Origin: Nitrospirota bacterium
Lineage (GTDB): Bacteria > Nitrospirota > Nitrospiria > Nitrospirales > Nitrospiraceae
Reading direction: 5' to 3'
Length of the DNA stretch: 64,000 nucleotides
Assembly: GCA_963701855.1 (NCBI GenBank)
Contig: CAVPBK010000009.1
Coordinates: 352,001 to 416,000 of the forward strand
The position numbers and the translations under genes are program-made. Shown one piece after another: positions 9,327 through 19,765 of this stretch; the stretch's first letter is position 1, and the number at the start of each line of letters is the position of its first letter. The notes beneath the pieces are model-generated. The model did not search any database. It had not been told where the DNA came from and saw only the letters and a list, made by a program, of their open reading frames with translations.

Positions 9327-10970
9327 ATGAGAATTTCCGGTGTGTGGTTTCTGGCAATTGCACTGCTCACGCTGCTGGCAGGCCTGCCGCTACAGGCTCG
9401 GGCGGTGGAAGAAGGCCAGCTTCAGAAGAAAGACGGCCGATGGGAGTATCTGCCGAGTGAAGACCCCGGCCTCAAGTATCTACTCCTCAAGGGAATCATT
9501 ACCCAAGATGAGTACGACAAGGGGCTTAAGACCTTGGAGACCAGAGAACGGATCGTGAAACCGAACTTCAACATCGACGTCAACAACGGCTTGAATATCC
9601 GCGTCGGCTCGAAATTCATGCTCAAAATGCGGCTGCTCACCCAGGTGCGCTACAGCTACAGTACCTTTAATAATGCCTGGGGGACTGTCGGAGACTCGAG
9701 GAACGAAGAAATTCTGGGAGGCCAGGTCGAATTTCGAGCTTTTAAACGCCAGAGTAATTCGAGTCAGTTTTCGGTTCCCCGGGCCCAACTCCAGTTCCTG
9801 GGGTTCGCCTTCGATCCCGACCTTCGCTACAACGTGTCTTTGCAGATGGATTCAACGACATATAACCAAGAAGGCGGTAATGGAAGAGCCACCCTCCAAG
9901 ATGCGTACATCTCTTCCTGGCATATCCCATGGGCAACCGCCCAGTTCGGCCAGCAACGGGTCTGGTTCAATCGCGCCTTGATCAGTTCTTCGGCCACGTC
10001 CACGTTCGCCGACAACATGATCGTGCAGAATGTGTTCGCCTCCAACCTTCAGAGCAGTCGTGATGTCGGGATCAACATCCTGAGCGATGAGGATCAATAC
10101 AAATTCAACTATGCCTTTGGCATTTGGGGAGGCGTCGGGGCGAATCTCGATCGGGACGGCACCGCTGTCAGCCAAAGGGTGCTGCCCCCTACCGGAACTC
10201 CAGGAGCGCCTAATTCTGGGACAACCAGAACTTACAACTACGACACCCGATTCATGAGCGGCGAATTAATGTATACGGCCCGGGTGCTGTACAAAATTGC
10301 CGGCAATCCGGGGTATGGGCAGGGCGACATCCTGAACTCCCGCACACTGCAATCTGCCATCGCCTTCGGGTACGCGTACGACCCAGGTCAGAACTATCTG
10401 AGTGCCACACGCTCCGATATTGTCGATCGCGCATACCGCCAGGCAGTGGCCAAAGCCATGAACGGCCGACTCCTTGGCGGAGGTATCTACGATTTTCAGA
10501 CCTATGAAACGGATTTCATTGCGAAGTACCAAGGCTGGTCGCTCCAAACAGAAGGGTACTACAGACACCAACGGGTACGGAACAAGGATGCCGGTACCCT
10601 AGCATTCGACAACGGAACGATCCCGACGAGCCCGCTCGCCGTAGGTCCCCCGGTGGATCTCGGCCAAGCCTGGGGCTGGTACGTGCAAGTCGGCAAGTAC
10701 ATCATTCCCAGGAAGCTCGAACTGGCCGTTCGGTATGGAGTACTGGATCCGTCCACCAAACAAAAAGACGATCTGACCAAAGAGTTCGGCGCCGCCATCA
10801 ACTATAGCTTTGACGGCACCTACAACAATCGGCTCATCATCGACTACTCCAACATCACTATGGGAAGCGGCGGGCGCGCACCGGACCGGTTCCCGTTCGA
10901 GAATCAACCGGGATTCGGTCGCGATCTCGTCGAAAACCGCATCAATGTGCAGTACCAGTTCTATTTCTAA
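9327..10970 (+). CDS. OprO/OprP-like anion-selective porin (S arm), paralog of 3065-4852
   Basis: LLLKGIITQDEY, QFGQQRVWFNR, SRDVG, KYQGWSLQTEGY, QYQFYF; GGAGGGAG SD. Confidence 0.82.
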   Translation: MRISGVWFLAIALLTLLAGLPLQARAVEEGQLQKKDGRWEYLPSEDPGLKYLLLKGIITQDEYDKGLKTLETRERIVKPNFNIDVNNGLNIRVGSKFMLKMRLLTQVRYSYSTFNNAWGTVGDSRNEEILGGQVEFRAFKRQSNSSQFSVPRAQLQFLGFAFDPDLRYNVSLQMDSTTYNQEGGNGRATLQDAYISSWHIPWATAQFGQQRVWFNRALISSSATSTFADNMIVQNVFASNLQSSRDVGINILSDEDQYKFNYAFGIWGGVGANLDRDGTAVSQRVLPPTGTPGAPNSGTTRTYNYDTRFMSGELMYTARVLYKIAGNPGYGQGDILNSRTLQSAIAFGYAYDPGQNYLSATRSDIVDRAYRQAVAKAMNGRLLGGGIYDFQTYETDFIAKYQGWSLQTEGYYRHQRVRNKDAGTLAFDNGTIPTSPLAVGPPVDLGQAWGWYVQVGKYIIPRKLELAVRYGVLDPSTKQKDDLTKEFGAAINYSFDGTYNNRLIIDYSNITMGSGGRAPDRFPFENQPGFGRDLVENRINVQYQFYF

Positions 10971-11010
10971 ACGCATGCTGAACGTTATCACGATGACCAG
11001 GAGGTTCTTT

Positions 11011-11832
11011 ATGACACGCCCAAGTGTTCTGTTGAGAAGTCTATTGTTCCTTAGTGTCTTGACCACAACCGTGTGGACCGCGCCGCCTGTGCAGGCGGCG
11101 CCTGAGACCGTCACGATCGCGGCTGCCAACAGCTTGAGGGAGGCCTTTCGACAAATACTCCCGCTCTTCGAAGCGCACAATAAGGACATCAATGTGCGAG
11201 TTATCTACGGGCCCTCTCAAACCCTCAGCAAGCAAATCGAAGAAGGCGCACCGATCGATGTGTTCCTGCCTTCGCAGGTTGAAGAAATCGACCAACTCGA
11301 GGAAAAAGGGCTCGTCATTCAAGGCACAAGACGTGTCTATGCCGGTACTTCGTTGGTCCTGATCGCCGGCACTGAGCTCCCGGCGCCAATCGCGTCGGTC
11401 CAGGATCTTCGCACAACTCTGATCCGGTACATTGCCATCGGCGACCCGAAAACCTCGTCGGTGGGAAAAGTAGCGGCTCAGTATCTCAAGTACAGCAAGC
11501 TCGACTCCCAACTCAAGTCGCAACTTGTCTATGGCGAGCATTCGCGAGCCGTCCTGGACCTGGTCGCCAAGGGCGAAGCCGATCTCGGCATCGTCTACCG
11601 CACAGACGCCGTATCGAATAAGAAGATCCGTATTCTCGACGAGGCCCCGGTGGACTCGCATTCACCAGTCCGCTACGGAGTCGCTGCAGTCTGGACCGCA
11701 AAGAACATCTCGGGCGCAGGAGATTTCATCAATTTTCTGGGGAGACCCCAGATCCAAACGCTCTTGCAAGACTACGGCTTCGATCGCATCGCCGAGTCGT
11801 CCGGCGTCGCTCAAAGACGGGAGGGACAATAA
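11011..11832 (+). CDS. ModA-like oxyanion-binding protein
   Basis: AAANSL, GPSQTLSKQIEEGAPIDVF, IAIGDPKTSSVG, GEADLGIVYRTD, LQDYGF. Confidence 0.85.
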   Translation: MTRPSVLLRSLLFLSVLTTTVWTAPPVQAAPETVTIAAANSLREAFRQILPLFEAHNKDINVRVIYGPSQTLSKQIEEGAPIDVFLPSQVEEIDQLEEKGLVIQGTRRVYAGTSLVLIAGTELPAPIASVQDLRTTLIRYIAIGDPKTSSVGKVAAQYLKYSKLDSQLKSQLVYGEHSRAVLDLVAKGEADLGIVYRTDAVSNKKIRILDEAPVDSHSPVRYGVAAVWTAKNISGAGDFINFLGRPQIQTLLQDYGFDRIAESSGVAQRREGQ

Positions 11833-12554
11833 TGAATCGCCACCAATACAATTTGACGCGTGGGTCGGCATGGCCCCTGCGCGCACTGTTCCTCATCGTC
11901 GGTCTCTCCATCGCCGCCGGTTGCGCGAGCCAACCTATCTCGCCATCGAGGACGGTCTACGAGGCTGGGTTGAATACGGTCCGGTTGGAGCAGGACCCTG
12001 ACTCCACGTCCAATGCGCATCCTGCCACGTTGACGGCAACTGAAGTCGGCACGTTGCTCCGGGGGGTCCGCGCATCGGAGCGGCGGAACATCGTTCACCG
12101 CCTCATTTTCGGCCAAGCTGATCAAACCAGGGCATTCCGGAAAGAAGAGATCGCCGTGCTGGCGTTGCCTCTTTCAACAGCGCTCTCTCTGGCTGAGCCG
12201 ACAGAACGTGTGTACTTCAACTTGAGTCATGCCACGGATCAGGGAGATCAGGAAACCACCACGGGCTGGATCTCCATCCAAGGGCCGATTCTGCACCTGA
12301 TCATCAGCGCCGTACACACCAGGCATAGCCCCGGTCCCGATATCAGCAAGTATGACCGTCAACTGCCGAACATTCCGGAGGCCTCGGCATTGTATGACGT
12401 GACGTTCGAGCCGGAGTATTATCTAGCCAAGGTGAGTTCGTCGCCCCGTTTCTGGGCGCCGGATCAGCGGGAAGAGTTGCAGATTCTATATCAGGATGCG
12501 CTTGCCGGGTTGACCGTTCAGCCCGCCCCAGAGCGCGAAGGAAAGAAGCCTTAG
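11832..12554 (+). CDS. Lipoprotein of unknown function
   Basis: IAAGC lipobox; TAATG stop/start overlap with the upstream gene; paralog at 4863-5572. Confidence 0.8.
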   Translation: MNRHQYNLTRGSAWPLRALFLIVGLSIAAGCASQPISPSRTVYEAGLNTVRLEQDPDSTSNAHPATLTATEVGTLLRGVRASERRNIVHRLIFGQADQTRAFRKEEIAVLALPLSTALSLAEPTERVYFNLSHATDQGDQETTTGWISIQGPILHLIISAVHTRHSPGPDISKYDRQLPNIPEASALYDVTFEPEYYLAKVSSSPRFWAPDQREELQILYQDALAGLTVQPAPEREGKKP

Positions 12555-12582
12555 TCACAGCCGTGAGTGGTTGGCGCCGAGC

Positions 12583-12613
12583 GAATGGCGGCAGGAATGT
12601 CCTGCTGCCATTC
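12583..12613 (+). other. Intergenic 14-bp stem-loop
   Basis: GAATGGCGGCAGGA-ATG-TCCTGCTGCCATTC with one G-U pair; no U-tract. Confidence 0.55.
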
Positions 12614-12634
12614 ATCGAAGAGGCAAAGAGGTCA

Positions 12635-12949
12635 ATGAGTATCCTTGTTGTCGGTGGCGATTCAGCTGAGATGTTCCGGCAGCAGACCGGCGGCGGGCAT
12701 GGATACGTCGAGCATTGGAGCGGTCGTAAGAACCGCGACATGGCAAAGTCCATTCCCAAAGATACGGAAGCAGTGGTCGTCGTGCTGGATCGGGTGAGCC
12801 ATGGACTGGCTCGCAAGGTCCGAACCGAAGCGACACGTCGCGGCCTTCCCGTCTTCTTTCAAAAGCGAGCACGGCATGCGAGTCCGATGGATCATGACCC
12901 CATGGATTTGGCCCAATGGCTGAGCAAGACCTCGGAGATCAAGAAGTAA
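12635..12949 (+). CDS. DUF2325-domain protein
   Basis: MSILVVGGD..HWSGRK..IPKDTEAVVVVLDRVSHGLARKVR..GLPVFF. Confidence 0.8.
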   Translation: MSILVVGGDSAEMFRQQTGGGHGYVEHWSGRKNRDMAKSIPKDTEAVVVVLDRVSHGLARKVRTEATRRGLPVFFQKRARHASPMDHDPMDLAQWLSKTSEIKK

Positions 12950-13039
12950 CTCTGTTCAATAAATGATCGGCCACGTAATCGATGGTCGAATGACAACACT
13001 TGATTGTAGAAGTCCATTACGAATAGAAAGGACCATCCC

Positions 13040-14062
13040 ATGATGTTGAAGCCGTTCGTTCTCACGCTTGCGCTCCTGACCGGAGCCTTGGGATTCACGT
13101 CGTCTATCCAGGCGGCAGGATCCGTTTCCATCCTGAACGTCTCATACGATCCGACACGCGAACTCTACCAGGAGTTCAATGTGGCGTTCGCCAAACACTG
13201 GTTGGCCAAGACGGGCCAGACCGTCAAAGTCTTGCAATCCCACGGAGGATCGAGCAAGCAGGCACGAGCTATCATCGATGGCTTGGAGGCCGACGTCGTG
13301 ACGCTGGCGCTGGCCTACGATATCGACGCCATCTCCGAAAAGGCCGGGCTGCTTCCAGCAAACTGGCAGAGTCGTCTTCCCAACAACAGCGCACCCTACA
13401 GCTCGACGATCACGTTCCTGGTCCGCAAGGGCAATCCCAAGGGCATCAAGGATTGGAACGACCTGGTCAAACCAGGAATCTCCGTCATCACCCCAAACCC
13501 CAAGACCTCCGGTGTCGCCCGCTGGAACTACTTGGCTGCATGGGGCTATGCTCTGAAACAATCCGGCGGCGATGAAGCCAAAGCGCAGGAATTTGTCCGG
13601 CAACTTTTTAAGAACGTGCCGGTGCTCGACTCGGGCGCCCGCGGCGCCACAACCACCTTCGTGGAGCGGGGCATCGGCGACGTTCTGATTAACTGGGAAA
13701 ACGAAATCTTGCTGAGCACCAAAGGCTCGGGCAAAGACAAGTTCGATATCGTCGTGCCGCCAATCAGCATCCTGGCAGAGCCGACGGTCAGCGTCGTAGA
13801 CAAGATCGTGGACAAGCGAGGCACCAGGCAAGTAGCTCAAGCCTATCTGGAATATCTCTACTCTGAAGAAGGCCAGGACATTGCCGGCAAAAACAACTAC
13901 CGCCCGCAGCTTCCATCAGTTGCCGCCAAATATGCTACGAATTTCCCGTCGGTGGAGCGGTTCACGCTACAAGAGGTCTTCGGCAACTGGCAGAAGGCGC
14001 ACAAGGCGCACTTTGCCGATGGCGCCAGCTTCGATCAAATCTATTTGCAGGGCGCAAAGTAG
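13040..14062 (+). CDS. sbp: Sulfate/thiosulfate ABC transporter substrate-binding protein
   Basis: [42 protein letters not shown]. Confidence 0.97.
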   Translation: MMLKPFVLTLALLTGALGFTSSIQAAGSVSILNVSYDPTRELYQEFNVAFAKHWLAKTGQTVKVLQSHGGSSKQARAIIDGLEADVVTLALAYDIDAISEKAGLLPANWQSRLPNNSAPYSSTITFLVRKGNPKGIKDWNDLVKPGISVITPNPKTSGVARWNYLAAWGYALKQSGGDEAKAQEFVRQLFKNVPVLDSGARGATTTFVERGIGDVLINWENEILLSTKGSGKDKFDIVVPPISILAEPTVSVVDKIVDKRGTRQVAQAYLEYLYSEEGQDIAGKNNYRPQLPSVAAKYATNFPSVERFTLQEVFGNWQKAHKAHFADGASFDQIYLQGAK

Positions 14063-14169
14063 CGGCGATGAGACACACTTCGCCGATGGTAAGACATGTG
14101 ATCAGCTGTACTGTTGACTCCCAACAGCCTGGATAATCGTTCCCTGCAATCGGAGGCGGTGAGAAATTC

Positions 14170-15006
14170 ATGGCTATGGTGTTGAAACAACCCAGTGTCC
14201 TTCCGGGATTCGGTCTGACTCTGGGATTTGCATTGTTCTATTTCAGCCTGATCGTCTTGATCCCCCTCAGCGGTCTCGTCGTCAAGACGACCACACTGAG
14301 CTGGGAACAATTCTGGCACACGGTGACGGAGCCGCGTGCGCTTGCCTCCTACCAGCTCACATTCGGCGCCTCATTTCTGGGGGCTTTGATCAACGGCTTC
14401 TTCGGATCGGTGGTGGCGTGGGTCCTTGTGCGATACCGCTTTCCCGGGCGCTCGATCGTGGACGCGCTCGTGGATCTGCCCTTTGCCCTGCCGACCGCCG
14501 TCGCCGGAATTGCCTTGACCGCCATCTATTCGTCGAATGGATGGATCGGACGCTATCTCGAACCGCTGGGTCTCAAAGTCGCCTTTACGCCCCTGGGTGT
14601 CCTGGTCGCACTGACCTTCATTGGATTGCCGTTCGTGGTGCGAACGGTGCAACCGGTGCTACAGGATCTGGACAGGGAGGTGGAGGAAGCCGCCACTACG
14701 CTGGGAGCCAATCGGTGGCAAACAATCAGGGCGGTGATTATGCCTGAACTGTGGCCTGCCTTGTTGACCGGCGTGGCAATGGCATTCGCCCGCTCCGTCG
14801 GAGAATATGGCTCGGTCATCTTCATCGCCGGCAATATGCCTCTCAAATCGGAGATCACTCCGCTGTTGATCATGACCAAACTCGAACAGTACGATTACGC
14901 CGGAGCCACGGCGCTGGGAGTCGTCATGCTCGTGGTGTCGTTTATCCTCGCCCTGATGATCAATCTCATACAATGGTGGAGCGGCAGACGCCACACCGCT
15001 CGTTAG
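14170..15006 (+). CDS. cysT: Sulfate ABC transporter permease CysT
   Basis: VLPGFGLTLG, DLPFALPTAVAG, GLPFVVRTVQPVL, EEAA, GEYGSVIFIAGN. Confidence 0.96.
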   Translation: MAMVLKQPSVLPGFGLTLGFALFYFSLIVLIPLSGLVVKTTTLSWEQFWHTVTEPRALASYQLTFGASFLGALINGFFGSVVAWVLVRYRFPGRSIVDALVDLPFALPTAVAGIALTAIYSSNGWIGRYLEPLGLKVAFTPLGVLVALTFIGLPFVVRTVQPVLQDLDREVEEAATTLGANRWQTIRAVIMPELWPALLTGVAMAFARSVGEYGSVIFIAGNMPLKSEITPLLIMTKLEQYDYAGATALGVVMLVVSFILALMINLIQWWSGRRHTAR

Positions 15007-15018
15007 AAAGAGAAGAGT

Positions 15019-15927
15019 ATGTCGACAGAGACCGTTGCCAGAGTAAGAAACGAAGAGTGGAACGCCTCATTGACCAGCGAAGGCGCCTTGGTTCGATGGG
15101 CACTGATTGTCGCGGCTCTCGGATACCTGACGCTCTTCCTGTTTATCCCCCTCGCAGCTGTGTTTACCGAAGCGCTGAAGAACGGACTTGAAGGCTACTT
15201 CGCCTCATTCACGGACCCGGATACCCTGTCGGCGATTCGCCTGACCTTCCTCGCCGCATCCCTGGCCGTTCCACTCAACCTCATGTTCGGCGTCTCTGCA
15301 GCCTGGGCCATCGCCAAATTCGAATTCGTCGGTAAACAGATTCTCATCACGCTCATCGACATCCCGTTGGCCGTGTCCCCCGTCATCTCGGGATTGATTT
15401 ACGTGCTGCTCTTCGGAGCGCAGGGCTGGGTGGGCCCCTGGCTGGCCGAACACGACATCAAGATCATCTTCGCCCTGCCGGGCATCGTGCTCGCCACCAC
15501 CTTTGTCACCGTTCCATTTATCGCGCGCGAGCTGATCCCATTGATGCAATCACAGGGACGAGAGGAAGAAGAGGCGGCGCTCACGCTGGGCGCGTCGGGA
15601 TGGCACACGTTTATTCGAGTCACTCTCCCGAATATCAAGTGGAGCCTGCTCTATGGGGTCATTCTCTGCAATGCACGGGCGATGGGAGAATTCGGAGCGG
15701 TCTCCGTCGTGTCAGGCCATATTCGGGGGCTCACCAATACGATGCCGCTTCATGTCGAGATCCTGTACAACGAGTATAACGCCGTCGGGGCCTTCGCGGT
15801 GGCCTCGCTCCTCACCTTGTTGGCCATTGTGACGCTTGTCGTCAAAACAGTCATCGAACGGAAATCCGCTTCATCACGATCGACTCATGATCCTGCATCA
15901 ACCACGCAGCCAGGGAGTCCATCGTGA
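15019..15927 (+). CDS. cysW: Sulfate ABC transporter permease CysW
   Basis: [41 protein letters not shown]. Confidence 0.96.
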   Translation: MSTETVARVRNEEWNASLTSEGALVRWALIVAALGYLTLFLFIPLAAVFTEALKNGLEGYFASFTDPDTLSAIRLTFLAASLAVPLNLMFGVSAAWAIAKFEFVGKQILITLIDIPLAVSPVISGLIYVLLFGAQGWVGPWLAEHDIKIIFALPGIVLATTFVTVPFIARELIPLMQSQGREEEEAALTLGASGWHTFIRVTLPNIKWSLLYGVILCNARAMGEFGAVSVVSGHIRGLTNTMPLHVEILYNEYNAVGAFAVASLLTLLAIVTLVVKTVIERKSASSRSTHDPASTTQPGSPS

Positions 15928-17006
15928 GTATCCAGGTCGATCACGTCACCAAACGATTCGGCAGCTTCACCGTCCTGAATGACGTGAGCCTTCACGTACA
16001 GACTGGAGAACTCGTGGCGCTCCTCGGTCCATCCGGTTGCGGCAAGACCACCCTGCTCAGAATTCTGGCTGGATTGGAGAGGCCCGACCAGGGACGAATT
16101 CTCTTGCATGGCGACGAGGTAACGGAACAGCGCATCACCGACCGGCGCGTGGGATTCGTGTTCCAGCATTACGCGTTGTTCCGGCATATGACCGTCGCAG
16201 AAAATGTCGCATTCGGACTGACCGTGCTTCCCCGCCCGCAACGGCCTTCTCCTGACCAGATCCAGAAGAAAGTCCATGACTTGCTGTCATTGGTCCAGCT
16301 GCAGGCGATGGCCGACCGCTATCCAAATCAGCTTTCCGGAGGGCAACGTCAACGCGTGGCCTTGGCCAGAGCGCTGGCCGTGGAACCGAAAATGCTTCTG
16401 CTTGATGAACCCTTTGGCGCACTGGACACCAAAGTCAGAAAGGAACTGAGACGCTGGCTCCGGCGACTCCATGACGAATTGCACATTACAAGTATCCTAG
16501 TCACGCATGACCAGGAAGAAGCCTTAGAAGCGGCAGACCGTATCGTGGTGTTGAACCAGGGGCATATCGAGCAGATCGGCACGCCGGAGGAAGTCTATGA
16601 ACACCCGGCAACACCGTTCGTGTACCGCTTCCTCGGCGATGTGAACGTGTTTCATGGCCGAATTGCCCACGACGAGACTGCGCACGAAGAGGCGGACGGG
16701 CAACCTCCTGCAGGGAGAGACCCTTCGAACGAACATGAGGTCACCTTTGTCCGTCCCCACGACCTGGAACTCAGCCGAAGCCGGACCACGACGACACAGC
16801 TCGAGGCGACCGTACGATTTGTCATCACAGCCGGATCGCGCGTCCGCCTCGAGCTGGTCTCGAAAAACTCTCCGCAAACCATTGAGGTTGAACTCACCAA
16901 AGAGCGTTATCGCGAGTTACGGCTTCAACAAGGCGATGTGGTCTTTGTGCACCCGAAACAACTACAAGTATTCAAAATGCCCGGCCCCTTATCTGGGAGG
17001 CCGTGA
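15924..17006 (+). CDS. cysA: Sulfate ABC transporter ATPase CysA
   Basis: [38 protein letters not shown]-terminal TOBE-like region. Confidence 0.96.
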   Translation: MSIQVDHVTKRFGSFTVLNDVSLHVQTGELVALLGPSGCGKTTLLRILAGLERPDQGRILLHGDEVTEQRITDRRVGFVFQHYALFRHMTVAENVAFGLTVLPRPQRPSPDQIQKKVHDLLSLVQLQAMADRYPNQLSGGQRQRVALARALAVEPKMLLLDEPFGALDTKVRKELRRWLRRLHDELHITSILVTHDQEEALEAADRIVVLNQGHIEQIGTPEEVYEHPATPFVYRFLGDVNVFHGRIAHDETAHEEADGQPPAGRDPSNEHEVTFVRPHDLELSRSRTTTTQLEATVRFVITAGSRVRLELVSKNSPQTIEVELTKERYRELRLQQGDVVFVHPKQLQVFKMPGPLSGRP

Positions 17007-17094
17007 TCCGTGTGAGTACGCATTTCACCGATGCGGGTGCCGGCCGACAGCAGCAATCCGCAACGAGGTAACTGCAACTCGTAGAGCTAAAGTC

Positions 17095-18171
17095 ATGAGT
17101 ATTGAAACACCTCTCCAGATCGTGACTGCGGACCCGCACACACTGGCCCTCTCTATCCGGGCCAGTTGCCTGGTCTTTGAAGACCCTGCGTCCAGAGCAC
17201 TACTGAAACGTGTGCAACGGATCGCTCCGAGCAATGCGACGGCCCTCATCATCGGCGAGACCGGCACCGGCAAGGAGCTGATCGCGCGCCACATCCACGA
17301 ACTGAGCGGTCGCCGATCCGGCCCGTTCGTGGCGTTCAATTGCGCCGCGATCAGCGAATCCTTGATGGAAAGCGAACTCTTCGGCCATGAGCGCGGCGCC
17401 TTTACCGGCGCCGTGGCCGCCAAGGCCGGCTGGTTCGAAACCGCGCAGGGGGGCTCGTTGTTCCTGGATGAGATCGGCGATCTCCCACTCGTGCTTCAGG
17501 CCAAACTGCTGCGGGTCATCCAAGAGCGGGAAGTCATCCGTGTCGGATCGCGCCAGTCCATCGCCATCGATGTACGATTGATTGCGGCGACAAACGTGAA
17601 CCTGGATGACGCAGTGGCGGCAGGGCGATTCCGCGAGGATCTCTACTACCGGCTTCATGTGGCGCCGGTACCGCTTCCTCCGCTGCGGGAGCGTCCCGGA
17701 GATATTCTGCCGCTGGTTCACCACTTTCTGAAGATCTACGGAACTCGTCTCGGATTCGCCAGTGCCGACCTCGCTCCCGACGCGGTGCAGCAATTGCTCG
17801 ATTATCCTTGGCCAGGCAACATTCGCGAGCTGGAAAACACCGTCCATCATGCGCTGCTCGTCTGCCCCGATCACACCGTGCGCCCCGAAGATCTGCGCCT
17901 CCCCGCTCCACGATCCCCACAACCGCCCGCACCGGCAGCGGGCTCGACGCAGTCATTGGAAGCGCTCCTTCGTACACTCTTCAACGGCGACAGATCCAAT
18001 CTCTATCGTCGAATCGATGAAACGGTGATTCGCACCGCATACGAGTATTGCGAACGGAACCAGCTGCGGACCGCCCGACTTCTGGGCATCAGCCGCAATA
18101 TCGTGCGCGATCGCCTGAAACAGTACGGACTGCTCAATGTAGAAAAGCAACGGTATTGCCATGATAGCTAA
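17095..18171 (+). CDS. Sigma54-dependent activator with no sensory domain (SfnR-like)
   Basis: VFEDPAS, GETGTGKE, GAFTGA, FLDEIG, WPGNIREL, HTH NQLRTARLLGISRN. Confidence 0.9.
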   Translation: MSIETPLQIVTADPHTLALSIRASCLVFEDPASRALLKRVQRIAPSNATALIIGETGTGKELIARHIHELSGRRSGPFVAFNCAAISESLMESELFGHERGAFTGAVAAKAGWFETAQGGSLFLDEIGDLPLVLQAKLLRVIQEREVIRVGSRQSIAIDVRLIAATNVNLDDAVAAGRFREDLYYRLHVAPVPLPPLRERPGDILPLVHHFLKIYGTRLGFASADLAPDAVQQLLDYPWPGNIRELENTVHHALLVCPDHTVRPEDLRLPAPRSPQPPAPAAGSTQSLEALLRTLFNGDRSNLYRRIDETVIRTAYEYCERNQLRTARLLGISRNIVRDRLKQYGLLNVEKQRYCHDS

Positions 18172-18580
18172 ACCTTGTTTCGTGATTTTTGCCCACAACG
18201 CCAACTACGACAACCTCCATCAGGTCGGCACGCTGGGACTGACGGCGGCAGCGATGGGCAAGAATGTCACGGTGGTGCTGCTCTTCTGGACCATTCGCAA
18301 GCTGGCAGAGGGGCGAATCGACGAGGTGGACTTTTCACCGGAATATGACGGAGCGGCGGATCAAGTCCGCCGCCTGCTGAAGGAAAAGAAGGTGCCCCTC
18401 GTGTCCGAGATGTTCCAGGAAGCCAGGGCGGTCGGCGACTTCCAGCTGGTCGCGTGCAGTGCCGGACTCGAATATATGGGGGTGGAGGCAGATGCAATCA
18501 CAAAGCAAGTGGATTGCGTCATGGGACTGCCGGCCATCCTGGCACTGACAGCCAACGCCGAAACGACACTCTTTATTTAA
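18161..18580 (+). CDS. DsrE/DsrF-like (sulfur relay) protein
   Basis: TAAAMGKNVTVVLLFW..LVACSAGLEYMG..TTLFI. Confidence 0.75.
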   Translation: MIAKPCFVIFAHNANYDNLHQVGTLGLTAAAMGKNVTVVLLFWTIRKLAEGRIDEVDFSPEYDGAADQVRRLLKEKKVPLVSEMFQEARAVGDFQLVACSAGLEYMGVEADAITKQVDCVMGLPAILALTANAETTLFI

Positions 18581-18613
18581 AGACGCAGCGAAGCCAGCAG
18601 GAGAACCGAGTAT

Positions 18614-18814
18614 ATGGTGATCACGATCAACGGAAAACCCGAGGAGGTTCAGGTATCAGTCCTCCTGGACCTGCTGAAAGCGAAGAAGATCGAGCCACGA
18701 ATGGTCGCGGTGGAACTCAACGACACGATGATCGAGGGTGATCACCTGGCCTCAACCACGGTGAAGGAAGGTGATCGGGTGGAATTTCTGTTCTACATGG
18801 GGGGCGGTCGGTGA
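18614..18814 (+). CDS. thiS: ThiS/MoaD-like sulfur carrier protein
   Basis: ITINGK..VAVELN..EGDRVEFLFYMGGGR. Confidence 0.88.
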   Translation: MVITINGKPEEVQVSVLLDLLKAKKIEPRMVAVELNDTMIEGDHLASTTVKEGDRVEFLFYMGGGR

Positions 18815-19740
18815 CACAGCACGTGCATCCGAACATCACAAAACAGATCGGCCACACACCCCTGGTTCGCCTGAACCGACTCTCTCCGGCAGGCGGCGCG
18901 ACCATCAATGCGAAGGTTGAATTCTCCAATCCCGGCGGGAGCGTCAAGGATCGGATCTGCCTGAACATGATCGATGAAGCGGAACGATCAGGCCGGCTCA
19001 AGCCAGGCGCCACTATCGTCGAACCGACCAGCGGCAACACAGGCATCGGCCTCTCGCTGGTCGCAGCCGTGCGAGGCTATCGAGTGGTTCTGGTCATGCC
19101 GGACAGCATGAGCGAAGAGCGAGTGAGTCTCCTGTCCTCGTATGGGGCGGAGTTGGTCCTGACCCCTGGGTGGGAAAGCATGAGGGGTTCCATCAAAGAA
19201 GCCGAACGCATCGTCGCCCAGCATCCCTCGTATTTCATGCCGGATCAATTCTCCAACCCGGCCAATCCTGACGCCCACCGGAAAACCACGGCCATCGAAA
19301 TCTGGGACGCATTGGGAGGGAAGTTCGACGCCTTCGTCGCGGGGGTCGGGACCGGAGGGACCATCACCGGCTGCGGAGAAGTCTTCAAGGTGCGCAATCC
19401 CACCATCCAGATCGTGGCCGTGGAACCGAGTGGATCCCCTGTCCTCTCGGGTGGAGACTCCGGTCCTCACAAGATCCAGGGCATCGGAGCGGGGTTCATC
19501 CCCGAAGTCTTGAATCGCAAGATTCTCGATCGCGTGATAGCCGTCACCGACGATGACGCGTATCAGACATCCAAACTCCTTGCGAAGCAGGAAGGACTGC
19601 TTGTCGGGATTTCGGCCGGGGCCAACGTGTGGGCGGCCCAACAGGTCGCCAGGGAACTCGGTCCCGGCAAGAGTGTGGTCACCGTGCTCTGCGATACGGG
19701 TGAGCGGTATATCAGTATGGAGAAGTATTTTAATATCTGA
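18811..19740 (+). CDS. cysK: Cysteine synthase
   Basis: IGHTPLVRL, NPGGSVKDR (PLP lysine), EPTSGNTG, GVGTGGT, HKIQGIGAGF, DTGERY. Confidence 0.95.
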   Translation: MTQHVHPNITKQIGHTPLVRLNRLSPAGGATINAKVEFSNPGGSVKDRICLNMIDEAERSGRLKPGATIVEPTSGNTGIGLSLVAAVRGYRVVLVMPDSMSEERVSLLSSYGAELVLTPGWESMRGSIKEAERIVAQHPSYFMPDQFSNPANPDAHRKTTAIEIWDALGGKFDAFVAGVGTGGTITGCGEVFKVRNPTIQIVAVEPSGSPVLSGGDSGPHKIQGIGAGFIPEVLNRKILDRVIAVTDDDAYQTSKLLAKQEGLLVGISAGANVWAAQQVARELGPGKSVVTVLCDTGERYISMEKYFNI

Positions 19741-19765
19741 CCCCTCATTAAACGGCTTCTATTCT

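Noticed and set aside
9308..9460. ORF starting just after the second hairpin's GGAGG
   Set aside because: Out of frame and overlapping the porin, which has its own SD; no evidence it is translated.
10810..11010. Long N-terminus of the ModA-like ORF
   Set aside because: Overlaps the porin; SD AGGAGG precedes ATG 11011.
14063..14085. Hairpin after sbp as a terminator
   Set aside because: Only a 6-bp stem with no U-tract.
16654..17094. 147-aa N-terminal extension of the sigma54 activator in the ORF track
   Set aside because: Overlaps cysA in another frame and has no domain character; ATG 17095 is more plausible.
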